Origin: Octopus vulgaris
Taxonomy: Eukaryota
NCBI GenBank assembly: GCA_951406725.2
Contig: OX597816.1
Location: 22,010,001 to 22,074,000 of the forward strand
Length of the DNA: 64,000 nt
Reading direction: 5' to 3'
A program made the translations under genes and the position numbers. The number at the start of each line of letters is the position of its first letter. Within the stretch, counting starts at the first letter, position 1. Shown here piece by piece: positions 13,204 to 26,130 of the stretch. A model generated the notes under the pieces. That model made no database searches. It saw only the letters and a list, made by a program, of their open reading frames with translations, and had not been told where the DNA came from.

Positions 13204-13215
<12 letters not shown>
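12855..13215 (+). mobile_element. pLTR-like element with ~70-bp terminal direct repeat, related to 11540-11750
   Basis: ATAAAATTTGATTTAATCCTAAATCT..TTCCCTAATATTATT at ~12855 and ~13143. AATAGTGGTTTTATCTCTAATT is shared with ~11720. Confidence 0.5.
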
Positions 13216-13261
<46 letters not shown>

Positions 13262-14356
13262 TTGAAAGCCACGTCATTGAAAGCAAATCTGAAATATTTC
13301 TTGTACATTTAGAAGCAAAGGTTCATAAGATGTCCATTAAAGAAGTGTATATCGAACATGAATAGAAAATATAAAAAAGCCGTCTGCACGTAGGACTTCA
13401 GTATCTGGTTTCAGCTTTGGGAACAGAAAAAAGTGACGACACTCGAATCTATTGGTAATATTAGACAGAGAAAAGAAGTCTATTCCACTGTCTCCTCATC
13501 ATCGATGACTTATAATTATATGCACTGTAAGTTTCTAGCTGGAGATTATCACTGCTATTGTACAGCAGTTTACCAGGGGAAATTCAATTTACATTAATTT
13601 TATTTTTTAAAAAAGTGTGAGACAACGATACAAATCAGTCTGATGATTCAGACCAAAGAGTTTTTCAAACACCAAAGATGAAAAATAAGTCTTTGATTCC
13701 TACAAAACGTTATAAATAGTGGAAGAAAATTATGTGTGAAATGTGCCAAAACCAGAATGGGAATGATATTTGTGAAGTGTAAAATGAAAATACCTCGTAT
13801 CTGTAACGAAAATGCTATAAATGACGTCAGCGCATTTGCACTGAAACCTACATCACGAGATTTAGTCATAATGGATTGGTGAGTAACAATATTATGGAGT
13901 CAGTAATCCGGGAAATATATTAAAGCTAACAAACACAATTTATTACTATAAAAATCTGACACAAAATGACTACAATTCTAGACAAGAATTTTGTACATGG
14001 CAACTGGGTGACAGAGAACAAAATAATAAGGTGATAATTTATTATTCCTTCTGGTTTTCTAAAACGCTAGAAGATTCCCATGAGTCATAGCACAATTATA
14101 CAAATAGTAATAAATTATATACGTTCATAGTAAGAAATTTCTCCCATTAAGTTGGGTTCGACTTTTTCAAATAGCGTGGAAAATAAATATATTAAAGGCG
14201 CAACTATGAACATTTGAACAACCCAGAGTTGGGTCTTCAGTACGTTGGAGGTGTCGCTTGAGAACGAAATAAGTGATATAAATATACACAAAGAATCGTA
14301 CTCATATTACAGTGGTAACAATGTTGCACAAATTCCAATTTTCCAACTTTCTAACA

Positions 14357-14750
14357 GGCGCAGGAGTGGCTGTGTGGTAAGTAGCTTGCTTACCAACCAC
14401 ATGGTTCCGGGTTCAGTCCCACTGCGTGGCACCTTGGGCATGTGTCTTCTACTAGAACCTCGGGCCGACCAAAGCCTTGTGAGTGGATTTGGTAGACGGA
14501 AACTGAAAGACGCCCGTCGTATATATGTATATATATGTGTGTGTGTTTGTTTCTTTGTTTGTCCCTCCCCCCCAACATCGCTTGACACCAGATGATGGTG
14601 TGTTTAGGTCCCCGTAACTTAGCGGTTCGGCAAAAGAGACCGATAGAATAAGTACTAGGCTTACAAAGAATAAGTCCTGGGGGTCGACTAAAGGCGGTGC
14701 TCCAGCATGGCTGCAGTCAAATGACTGAAACAAGTAAAAGAGTAAAAGAA
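14357..14750 (+). mobile_element. tRNA-derived SINE family A, full length
   Basis: GGCGCAGGAGTGGCTGTGTGG head through GACTGAAACAAGTAAAAGAGTAAAAGA tail. Confidence 0.92.
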
Positions 14751-15425
14751 TAATATATCGCGAGTTCGCTCCGCCCATATCAAAAATGGACCGTCAACGC
14801 AAGCAGTAAGTGTTCTGCTTTTAATATATATCCGAAAATATCACATCAAAGTAAAATTACACAAAATTTGCTGGTTACGCGTTCTATAAAATCACCACCG
14901 AATTAAATGATACAACAAATACGATTAGATAACAGATACTAGATTTTCTAACAAGAACATCTTGCAGATTATACCTCATAGCCATCAGTAATTATAACAC
15001 AATGCAAAAAGTACATATATTGCAGAGTCATCTTCTCGCATATGAATTGAGAATACAAATCACACAGTACTTACGAAACAAAGAAACCATTGGATGAAAA
15101 CTTTGCATAACCGCTTACGTTTATAGACGGCAAAACAGTAAAACACCGACTGAAGACACAAAACAAATACCAACAGAAAGCAAATTAATATGAAATATGA
15201 ATTCTATTGCAATTCGCCTAAAACATCAAACCGGATATACACACACGCACGTTTGTGTGTGTGCGTGCGTCTGTGCATGTGTATGTGCAACGTATGACTA
15301 ATTAACCCACAGCAACTTGGTTGCTGCGTTGTTACAGTTGAAGAAACCTGTCCACGGGTCACGAAACCATATGGACGGGAAGCCATCCTCTTAATCACAC
15401 AGACACGCTTGCAATTATATATATA

Positions 15426-15958
15426 CTAGCAGCATAGCCCGGCATTGCCCGGCATTGCCCGGGTATGTAAGAGCCCCTGGAGCAGACATGATGCTCGCTG
15501 TGAATTTAAAAAAACCTCCTGCCAATTTGTGAAAGATATTGTCGAAAATATGTCATCTTGAATTTAAACGCGATTTCCCAAAATGGCATGATTTTATCGA
15601 TTTATTCTGATGGTAAGATATTGCATGGAAAACTAACATCAGAATTAAGTTTCTTAGGGTAACATTAAGCTTCACAATGAGTTTGGTGAAAATTGATAGC
15701 AAGTTGCGAAAACTACAACAGAAAATGTGTTGCATATAAAAAGCTTAGATTCTCGACCCCATGTCGAATTTATCGATTATTTTCAAAAGTGGGGGAACTT
15801 TTCAAAATTTTCGCTGCGTTAGTTTTGAATTATGACATTGGGCTATGTGTGTGTCAAGTTTCATCAGAATTGGTTGAAAGCCGTGGTCAGGGTGAGGGTA
15901 CAACCTGACAGACACACAGACACACAGACAGACAAACTGTCGTTTATATATAGAGAGA
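15426..15958 (-). mobile_element. Non-autonomous Helitron
   Basis: Minus strand reads A|TCTCTCTATATATAAAC ... CCCGGGCAATGCCGGG hairpin (unit duplicated) ... GCTGCTAG|T. AT target site, no TSD. Confidence 0.8.
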
Positions 15959-16618
15959 TGTAATATACATATAGAACAGAGGTGTGGATAGGAAGAAACT
16001 CAGATAAAAGTGAAAAGGTTTGAAAAATAAGGGTGAGTATAATTTAGTGACTGGCAACAAGTGTGTATCATCTTCAAGTCATCGTTCCACCGTTGTTTGC
16101 ATGGACCTGCCAGAGTTTATTACAACAGATTTTCTACGTGGAGATGAATTTCCTGTTGGCAACTCTCATCTGGTTCCAAATAATATTTCGCTAAAGTCGG
16201 ATATGTTCTCACGGACAACTGGAAATGAATGGTATTGATTAACACTATCATTAACACATATCACCCTTGTGGGTAGTAAAGAAATACATATCATGCAATA
16301 TAAAAACAAGGAACCACAAACATATTCACACTCACAGACACACACACATACGCACGTGTGTATGTGTGCGTGCGTGTGTGCGTGTGTATATGCAACGTAT
16401 GACTAATTCACCCACAACACCTTGACTGTTGCGTAGTTACAGTTGAAGAAACCTGTCCACGGGCCACGAAGCCATATGGATGGGAAGCCATCCTCTTAAT
16501 AACATTTACCTGTGAATTCGCGTGTGTAATCTGGGAATGCATACAATGAGCTTCTCTGCCCTAGGTGTACGGAATACACTCGGCGAGAAGTGGAAGAAAA
16601 TTTGAAGAAAGAAGGAAA

Positions 16619-17268
<650 letters not shown>

Positions 17269-18003
17269 TTCTCTCTACTATAGGCACAATGCCTGAAATT
17301 TACGAGAAGGGATCTAGTCGATTACATCGACTCCAAGGCTTCGCTGGTAGTTATATAATGGACCCCGAAAGGACGAAACCAAATCCGAACTCGTCGGAAC
17401 TTGAACTCAGAACGTAGCAGCAGATGAAGTACCGTTAAAAATTTCACGAGACGTGCTAATGATTCCACCAGCTCGTCAACATGATACTTATAATAATATT
17501 TTCCCCTATAGGCAGATGACCTAAAATTTTTCAGGGAGGAGATAGTCGATTATATCGACCCCAGTGGCTGACTGCTACTTTGTCATCGAACCCGAAAGGG
17601 TAAAAGGCAAAGTCGACGTCAAGGGGCTAAACACAGAGAGGACAACCGGAATAAGTCGATTATATCGGCCCCAGTGCGTAACTGGTACTTATTTAATCGA
17701 CTCCGAAAGGATGAAAGGCAAAGTCGACCTCGGCGGAATTTGAACTCAGAACGTAGCGGCAGACGAAATACCTATGTCTTTACTGCCCACAAGGGGCTAA
17801 ACACAGAGAGGACAAACAAGGACAGACAAACAGATTAAGTCGATAACATCGACCCCAGTGCGTAACTGGTACTTAATTTGTCGACCCCGAAAGGTTGAAA
17901 GGCAAAGTCGACCTCGGCGGAGTTTTAACTCAGAACGTAGCGGCAGACGAAATACCGCTACGCATTTCGCCGAGCGTGCCAACGATTCTGTCAGCTCGCT
18001 GCG
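17269..18003 (-). mobile_element. SINE family B (Meta-like core), tandem/internally reiterated copies
   Basis: Repeated GAAAGGATGAAAGGCAAAGTCGACCTCGGCGGAATTTGAACTCAGAACG units; heads near 17477 and 18003. Confidence 0.88.
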
Positions 18004-18066
18004 TTCATGACACTTATAATTATAATATTATTAACTTAAAGTGATGGTTTGATGCCAGACTGTAGC

Positions 18067-18109
18067 CCCAGACTGATGAAGAGCAACTGCCCTGAAAGGA
18101 GTCTCTGGG
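18067..18109 (+). ncRNA. Type-I hammerhead ribozyme motif
   Basis: CCCAGA CUGAUGA AGAGC-AACU-GCCCU GAAA GGAG UC UCUGGG: perfect 6-bp stem I, GUC triplet, stem III apparently mutated. Confidence 0.75.
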
Positions 18110-18736
18110 TACTGGTTTTGTTGGATGGAGGTGCTTATCTCCCCTGTTTGAGAAACTTAAGGACACCGAACCCATGCCTTATGTAGCCAACTAGAAGCGG
18201 TGTTTCTTGGGGCTAAATAGCAGTAGCATTCTTCCCTTTCCTGGGAATGCTACATTAAGTTGGCAACAAAGCATCACTTGATCATGCCGCTATTGCACAG
18301 AACCCTCAGAGAGACTTAGAAATGCAATATTTCTAATTATTAATATAATTGAGGCAGTGAACAGGCAAAACTATTAACGCGGCGCTTCTTCCAAATTTAG
18401 GTTCTGCGTTCAAATGCTGTCGATGTCGGTTCAAATTTTTTTCATTTATTCCAGAACTTATGTTTAAAGTAGAAAGAGATATTTTAATTTTTGTTGTTCT
18501 TTTGCTGCTGTGATTAGGGATAAAATTATTAACGTTGCTATTATTATTATTATTTCTACTAATTTATTTTCCTATTCTCCCTTCCATTGTAGTTTTCGAT
18601 AATTTTATTAATTTTTCTCTGTAGATATTACCATTATGTATTCGAACAGTTCTCAGATGTTTGTCTTCGTAATATTTCCCTCTTCATACAGCTACCATTT
18701 TTTTTTATTTATAAATGTATGTATGCATGTATCTAT

Positions 18737-18771
<35 letters not shown>

Positions 18772-18829
18772 ATATATGTTTGTGTATAATAAAATACATA
18801 TATATCATATGCATATATATGTACATAAA

Positions 18830-18889
<60 letters not shown>

Positions 18890-18899
18890 TATATATAAC

Positions 18900-18966
<67 letters not shown>

Positions 18967-19013
18967 CATATATATATAATATATATATAATATAAATATA
19001 CATATATATATAT

Positions 19014-19053
<40 letters not shown>

Positions 19054-19771
19054 CATTAATGTTACGGCTGTCAATATTGTCGTATTTGAGACTGATGTCC
19101 TTGCTTAATGTAAGTATTTTGGTATTGGTTCTTGTTTTCGTTTGTCGTTGATATCATTGTTGCCATTGATCTTTTTCATACATTTTTCCTCTTTGTTTTG
19201 TAATGTTTACTGCCCAATGTTTGATCAAGCTTATTATTTATTTTTTTTTATACAAAGACATTTCGAGATTCTTCTATCGATTATTACATCAAGTAAATGA
19301 CAAGAGGAAATGGATAAATACACATAGATGTACATACACAAATATTCCAATACAAATACATACACATACATACACATACTAGAGAAACATATATCAATCT
19401 ATAAGATATCTAGTATTATATATATGTGTATATATATATGTATGTCTATATATACATATATGCATTTATCTATCTATGTATCAATCAATCTATATATATA
19501 TATTCATATGCAATACATTTATATCTGTATTTATGTATATCTATATAAATACTGACATAGATACAGGCAGCTTGATGTAGTCATACACAAATAGCTAAAT
19601 TTAGATAGGTAGATAGACAGATTGATAGAGAGATAGATAGAGAGATAGATATATAAATAGATATATAGATTGTAATATTTATTTCAAGTTGAAATTTCGC
19701 AACTCGTGACACTTTATGTCGACAAATATATGTATATACATGAAAACACACACACATATATATAAATGTGA

Positions 19772-19820
<49 letters not shown>

Positions 19821-21091
19821 TGTATATATATAGATAAATATAATCATATATATGTATATATATACTCATATTTGTATACATATATATATACTCATATATA
19901 TGTATACAAATATGAGTATATATAAATACATATATATATATAAACACACACACTTGATTATAAGTGAAATCTATGCTTAGAGATATAGTTAAAGAAAAGA
20001 AATGGCTTTTAATAGCTGGACTGAGCTGGTCGGATAATATTCACCTGGAAAGTGTGTAGAGGGCTATTTCTGATAAAACCTTATGGATGAGGGGCGTGAG
20101 GAGTCAATTGTCACGATCCGTAAGGAATTGTGTGGGTGGATAAAATGGATGGATAAAAGAATATCATATATATTGATTTATAATCCGATAGTTATTTAAT
20201 CGAAACTGATGAAAGAAAATTTTACGATAAATGTATATATAGATATCGTAAGATCTTGGACAAGATAGAGATATGTATGTGTGAGTGTGTATGTGTGTGT
20301 ATGAGTGTAAGAGTGTGTGTTGTGTGGGATCTGTGTGCTCCTATAAATAAGTGATCGTGCATTTTTGTGTCAATAACCCCAACATGGCCATGACCGAAGA
20401 TGAGATTCTGTATAGAGAATGAATTCGTCATTAGCATCGCAAATTGTAGCAAATATTCTCTCTTCCACATGTATGCTTGTTGTGAATATATATATATATA
20501 TGTATGATTAATTTACGTGTTTCCTTTGACACTTATAGAAAAGATCACAAAAAAAGCCAACAAAAATTAATAATTGAATGTTCATGATAGGGCAGCAATA
20601 TCATTCACCAAGCAATGCTTATAGACACTGCACCCACATCTTATATATGTATACACATATGTCTCCAAATCTCAGCTGATCTGTTGTAGCTGGAAGAAAT
20701 TATTGTCCAGCTCCTCCATGAATATTTTCCTACAATATTGCTTGAATTTTGATCGTTGGCAAAAAAATTAAATCTTTCAATTTGTAAATTCTTCCTATGT
20801 ATATATATATTACCAAACAAATACGATTTTTATTGAACTCCTAATACTTTTTGTTTAAAATTTTCTTAGGTACTTTCTTGTAAACTGCTTTTATCATTTT
20901 CTTATTATTATCAAAGAATGTATATATGTATTTTAATACTTTTGTGACAACTAGTACTTCACATAACAAACCTTATACAAAGCTTTACGTTTTGCTTTTG
21001 ACATTTTTTCTAAATAAGTGAAACCAGTCAAGTGAATAAACATCTTTAATATTGCATTTTTTCATGTATATATATATATATGAAAAAAATA

Positions 21092-21154
<63 letters not shown>

Positions 21155-21164
21155 TAATCATAAT

Positions 21165-21381
21165 AGGTGGTCATTTTCTTCACCTAAATACACGTCATCG
21201 ACTGGTTGAAATAACACAGATACGACAACTTTAACATGAAATAACTTCTCAAGTACAAACTTTTGTCAAAGTCCGTAAGTGTTAACCCTATTCTATGTAA
21301 CACATTCTACCAGTATCCGAAATTTCAAACTGTTTAGTTTAAAAATTTAATCAAAAAATCTGGCCGTCAAACAGAATATAT

Positions 21382-21385
<4 letters not shown>
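21165..21385 (+). mobile_element. Diverged 3' half of the TIR element family seen at 58266-58715
   Basis: ACATTCTACCAGTATCCGAAATTTCAAA, GACTGGTTGAAAT and GGCCGTCAAACAGAATATATCC match ~58520-58715. Confidence 0.5.
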
Positions 21386-21454
<69 letters not shown>

Positions 21455-21916
21455 AAAATCCGTTCTGTGTGTGTGTGAAGATACCGATGGCATCAGGGCG
21501 TGTAGGTCTTGAAAAAATTACAAAAGTGGATTCCAGGTGAGAATGCTATCGATAAAGCCGTGGGAACGTTCATTTGTACGCGCAAGTACATCAGCTGTTG
21601 CGATCGATACTACGTGTATGCAAGAAAATGCACGTTCATTTTTGCACAAAAGAAGCTGACTGGCTTCAAATAATGCCACAAATTGCAGGATATTTAAGCG
21701 ACCAAAGATGTAAGATGCAAAAGAGATATTTTCTTCAAACTTGGCATGAAAGTAGGAAAGTCTATTTAGTTTCTCAAGAAGCTTTTGTTTTGGACCTTAA
21801 CTTCGTTTAACAAATCCAAAAATTTTATTGAAATAAGGGCATGCTTAATTATTTTTTAATGAAAAGAAAACACGGATCGCTTTTTATTCAGCAGATATGA
21901 TGGAAGGCGTTTTGCT

Positions 21917-22007
<91 letters not shown>

Positions 22008-22025
22008 ATATATTATATATATATA

Positions 22026-22132
<107 letters not shown>

Positions 22133-22293
22133 GAAATGAAGAAAATGCTGACAAAATAATTTAAGTAAGGGTGAGTGTATTTAATTAGGTGAAAGTTCTT
22201 TTTACCGGTTGCGCATTTGTTATGTTTATCAAAAGATATTTTTTAAGAGAGATAGAGTTCCTTTCTGATAGATTTTTTTCTTTTTTCTGACTA

Positions 22294-24144
22294 ATGGAGA
22301 CATAATACTATATCAACTTAGCACTCTCCACCTTGGAAAATGGAACATATTACGAAAAGGCTGAACACTACAATCAACAGAAAATTATGAGAAACTTAAT
22401 AACCCTGATCAACCCCCACAAAGAAGAACTCACTAACAAAGAATTCAACTTCATCACAAATTTCACTAGTAAATCCAGCCTCTTCTACGGTATTCCCAAA
22501 ATTCATAAAAGCGAATTAATAAGTAAGGCATGCAAGGAAGCCACTAACTCTGTAATCAATGTCCCCTCACCAAATGACCTCAAATTGAGACCTATAATAG
22601 CAGGTTCCGCTTGCGAAAGCCACCGCCTTAGCAACTTCATTGATACCCTTCTCAAGCCCTTCCTCAAACACATTAAAAGCTACATAAGGGTCAATCTAGA
22701 TATGCTCAACCACCTCCCCAATACACTTCTTGCTGAACAAACCCTGCTAGTTAACATTCGATGTAGTTAATCTTTACTCCAACATCCCCCACAACCTAGG
22801 AATAGAAGCTATCCAATTCTGGCTGGATAATCACTCCAATGAACTCCCACACCGCATCAAAAAGGAATTTATTTTAGAAGGACTCAAATTCATTTAGAGA
22901 ATAATTTCTTCACCTTCAACAACAAATTCTACACACAGAAATCAGGGACGGCAATGGGAACGAAAACAGCTCCCACTTACGCCAACCTAGTCATGGGATA
23001 CCTGGAAATCACCCTCTATAATAACGTTCTTAACCAATTTGGCACCACTCTCCACACACACATAGAGAAGAACCGGAAGAGATATCTTGATGATTGCTTC
23101 ATCCTTTGGCCCGAAACCACCGAGAAGCGTAAATAATTTCACACCCTTATAAATGGGCTCAACACAAGCATTATTTTCACAATGGAATACAGCCCTCAAC
23201 AAATTCCCTTCCTCGACATCCTCATTAAAATTCACAACAAAAAAATAGAAACAGACATATACTACAAGCCCACAGACTCCAAGCAATACCTCACTTTCAA
23301 TTCATGCCACCCTAGACACGTTAAAATTAACATTCCCTACAACTTAGCCAAGAGAATTTGCACTATAGTCTCCAATAAAAACATCCGTCTCTTACGTCTA
23401 CAAGAACTTAAGGACACATTAACAAGCAGGGATTACCCCACGTCACTAATTGACAATGGGATCCAACGCGCCCCAAAACTCAGTACACAGGAACTTAGAC
23501 GCCCTAAACTTGTTACATCGAAACCCCATACTCTACCATACATCTCTACACACAACCCCCTCAACAATGAAGCTTTTGACACCATCCTCCAGAACATTCC
23601 TGTATTAAAAAAGGACCATACAATGAACCAAATCCTCCGAACACACGAAATCATAAAGAGCAAAAGGCAACCCAAATCATTGAAAACCATCCTAACAAAT
23701 GCCAAAGTACTGCCAACCACAACAACTAAACCCACAGTAAACAAATGCAATAGACCCAACTGTGGTATATGCATCAACCTAATAGAAGGTCCGGAATTCC
23801 TTTTTAAACAAGGACAACGTTTCACAGTAAAACACAACTTCACATGCGCATCAGAAAACCTAGTATATGACTTAACTTGCTCGGGCTGTAATGAAGACTA
23901 CATAGGCCAAACTAAAAATAGCCTCCGCCAACGAATGACTGTCCACAGATCCCAAATAAAAATACAGGAATACAGAAAAATAGCACTTAGTGCACATATT
24001 GATACCTGTGCCGCACAACTTCATCCCAATTTTAGAATCTTTCCCCTCTACAAATTTAAAGACAATGCTACTCATACCCAGCGAATAACCATGGAATCCC
24101 ACCTTATTAATAAATAGAGACCACTTCTAAACACATCCCCCTAA
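22294..24144 (+). pseudogene. Penelope RT/GIY-YIG endonuclease ORF, disrupted
   Basis: FYGIPKIHK, LRPII, FDVVNLYSNIP (after a frameshift near 22757), MGTKTAPTYANL, RYLDD, IPFLD, CNRPNCGIC linker, VYDLTC..C...YIGQT. In-frame stops near 23134 and at 24115. Confidence 0.93.
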
Positions 24145-24675
24145 CACGAACCCACAACAAACACACTTACACCTGCACACACCCTACACACACTTTTACC
24201 CAGATATTAACACCATGACACACGCAAATATATGGTTCCACACATACACATAATTTGATACGGGTGCAAAACATCCAACACTATTTTTTGGAAATGACTA
24301 AATATTGACTTCACACAAAGACGTTGCTTCCCGATACAGGCACAAGGCCAGCAGAACTATAAATATTGAAAATTGTACCCACACACGCACACATATATAC
24401 ACGCGCGCGCGCCCCAACATACATATAAACACACACACACATACATACACACACACACATGCGCGCGCACACATACATACATATAGCTCTTCCTGTCCTA
24501 AACGAACTTACTTATCCAGCTCAAATTCAGTCAGGCGGAAAATACACTCCTTAACTACGCGCTAAAAAGCTATTTAAAATATCCACATGACGTCTACTGA
24601 CCAACCTGCACAATAAGAATTTTCAACAACGCTATTTTCGAAAACTCCATACACCACCCACATCAACATTCATTC

Positions 24676-24966
24676 TAAACATTCACGTGACCTCTCTATT
24701 ATGACCACATCCACGTGACCTCTTTATTATGTCCAATAAGAAATTTTAGGCGCGACACTAGCCAAATTTTAACATCTCTGGAGCCTATTTTCTTACCCCA
24801 ACACCAACTTCCACTCAAACATTCACGTGACCCCTTTATAATGACCAATCAAAATTGTATTGACCATTGTCCACAAGCAATTTTAGGCGCGAAACCAAGC
24901 AAATCTTAAACAACTCTGGAGCCTCTTTTCTCACATATAAGAGACAGCAACCCCAACATAAAGTCA
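24676..24966 (+). promoter_or_regulatory. Putative Pol II promoter of the Penelope pLTR
   Basis: Tandem ~140-bp units with CACGTG boxes, CCAAT (24845), GGCGCGAAA (24886-24894), TATAA (24936) and AGTCAGA ~26 nt downstream. Confidence 0.45.
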
Positions 24967-25016
24967 GAAAAGAGAAAAAATCTATCAGAAAGGAACTCTA
25001 TCTCTCTTAAAAAATA

Positions 25017-25057
25017 TCTTTTGATAAGCATAACAAATGTGCAACCGGTAAAAAGAA
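25017..25057 (+). ncRNA. Variant hammerhead-like motif in the Penelope pLTR (mirror copy at ~22196-22236, minus)
   Basis: UCUU UUGAUAA GCAU-AACAA-AUGU GCAA CCGG UA AAAAGA: U3/A8 core, GCAA in place of GAAA, palindromic stem III, weak stem I. Confidence 0.5.
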
Positions 25058-25158
25058 CTTTCACCTAATTAAATACACTCACCCTTACTTAAATTATTTT
25101 GTCAGCATTTTCTTCATTTCCTTTTTTTATATATCACAACTCGTGTTCTACATCTCCT

Positions 25159-25196
<38 letters not shown>

Positions 25197-25779
25197 GTAT
25201 ATATATATATATTATATATATATATATATTATACACACATATATATATTATACACACATATATATACATGAATATATATAGACATATATACATATATATC
25301 TATGTATACATATGTATTTATACGAAAACGATATATGTTTTTGTATATATCTATATATACATACATGTGTGTGTCTGCGTGCGCGCGTATATATGTATAT
25401 ATACTCCAAAGTAAGTTAGGGGTTATGGGTGTAACCCACTAAGAGGTAGTATTTAGCCAATATACTGTTGGTAAAGTACCCAGTTTATTAATACATAAAT
25501 GTTTTTAATTGCAATGCAATTTAAAGGTTTTATGTATTAAACGGATGAAGGTAAAGACATATTTTACCGTTAGTATTATATATATATATTTATATATATA
25601 TGTATATATGTGTGCGTGTATGTATATATATATATATATATACATACATACATTTATATATATATCTATATATATATACAGATATATATATAGATAGCTA
25701 TATCTAGTTTTATATGTAAACACCAAATACTTTATTCCGTTGATTTTATTATGTTGGTCATAACACCGCCTGTAGCGAA

Positions 25780-26130
25780 CATCAACGCAGCCTTGGTGTT
25801 GTGGGCACGTTTGATTGTATTCCTTTCAATGGCTCTAACGATCTAGTACACCAATGGTCTCAATTCAGGAGATCAAGAAGTCCAAACGTAACATGATCAT
25901 TAAAAGTTTCGGCCACCCATTGCTGAGCTGTGTATGCTGCGTGAAGGAAATAAACGTTTGCTGAGACACGTCGACCTCCTTCCTCCCGAACAACTCTCCT
26001 AAACCAAAGCTTTATATCCATCTCTATTGTCTCGAAACTAAGGCCGCACGGGAAAAATCTCGAGGTATGATAGCCCTCTCATTAATCATGACCACGGAAG
26101 TCATCTGATAGGGCGATAACATGATGTGTA
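25780..26130 (-). pseudogene. Tc1/mariner (DD37D/maT-like) transposase relic
   Basis: Minus frames give AYTAQQWVAETFNDHVT and SPELRPLVY..AIERNTIKRAHNTKAAL, resembling WPPNSPDLNPLDY..HNTK. Confidence 0.55.

Noticed and set aside
13640-13885. CTGATGA at 13640, and an open frame (FLQNVINSGRKLCVKC...) ending at a GTGAGT donor
   Set aside because: No hammerhead stems or GAAA. The exon candidate lacks a good acceptor and a recognisable product.
20600-20830. Possible mariner transposase C-terminal remnant (minus; ..EELDNNFFQ..)
   Set aside because: Similarity too weak without alignment.
21440-21920. Possible Helitron 5' end (TATATAAAAATCCGTTCTGTGTGTG)
   Set aside because: No matching 3' hairpin-CTAG found.
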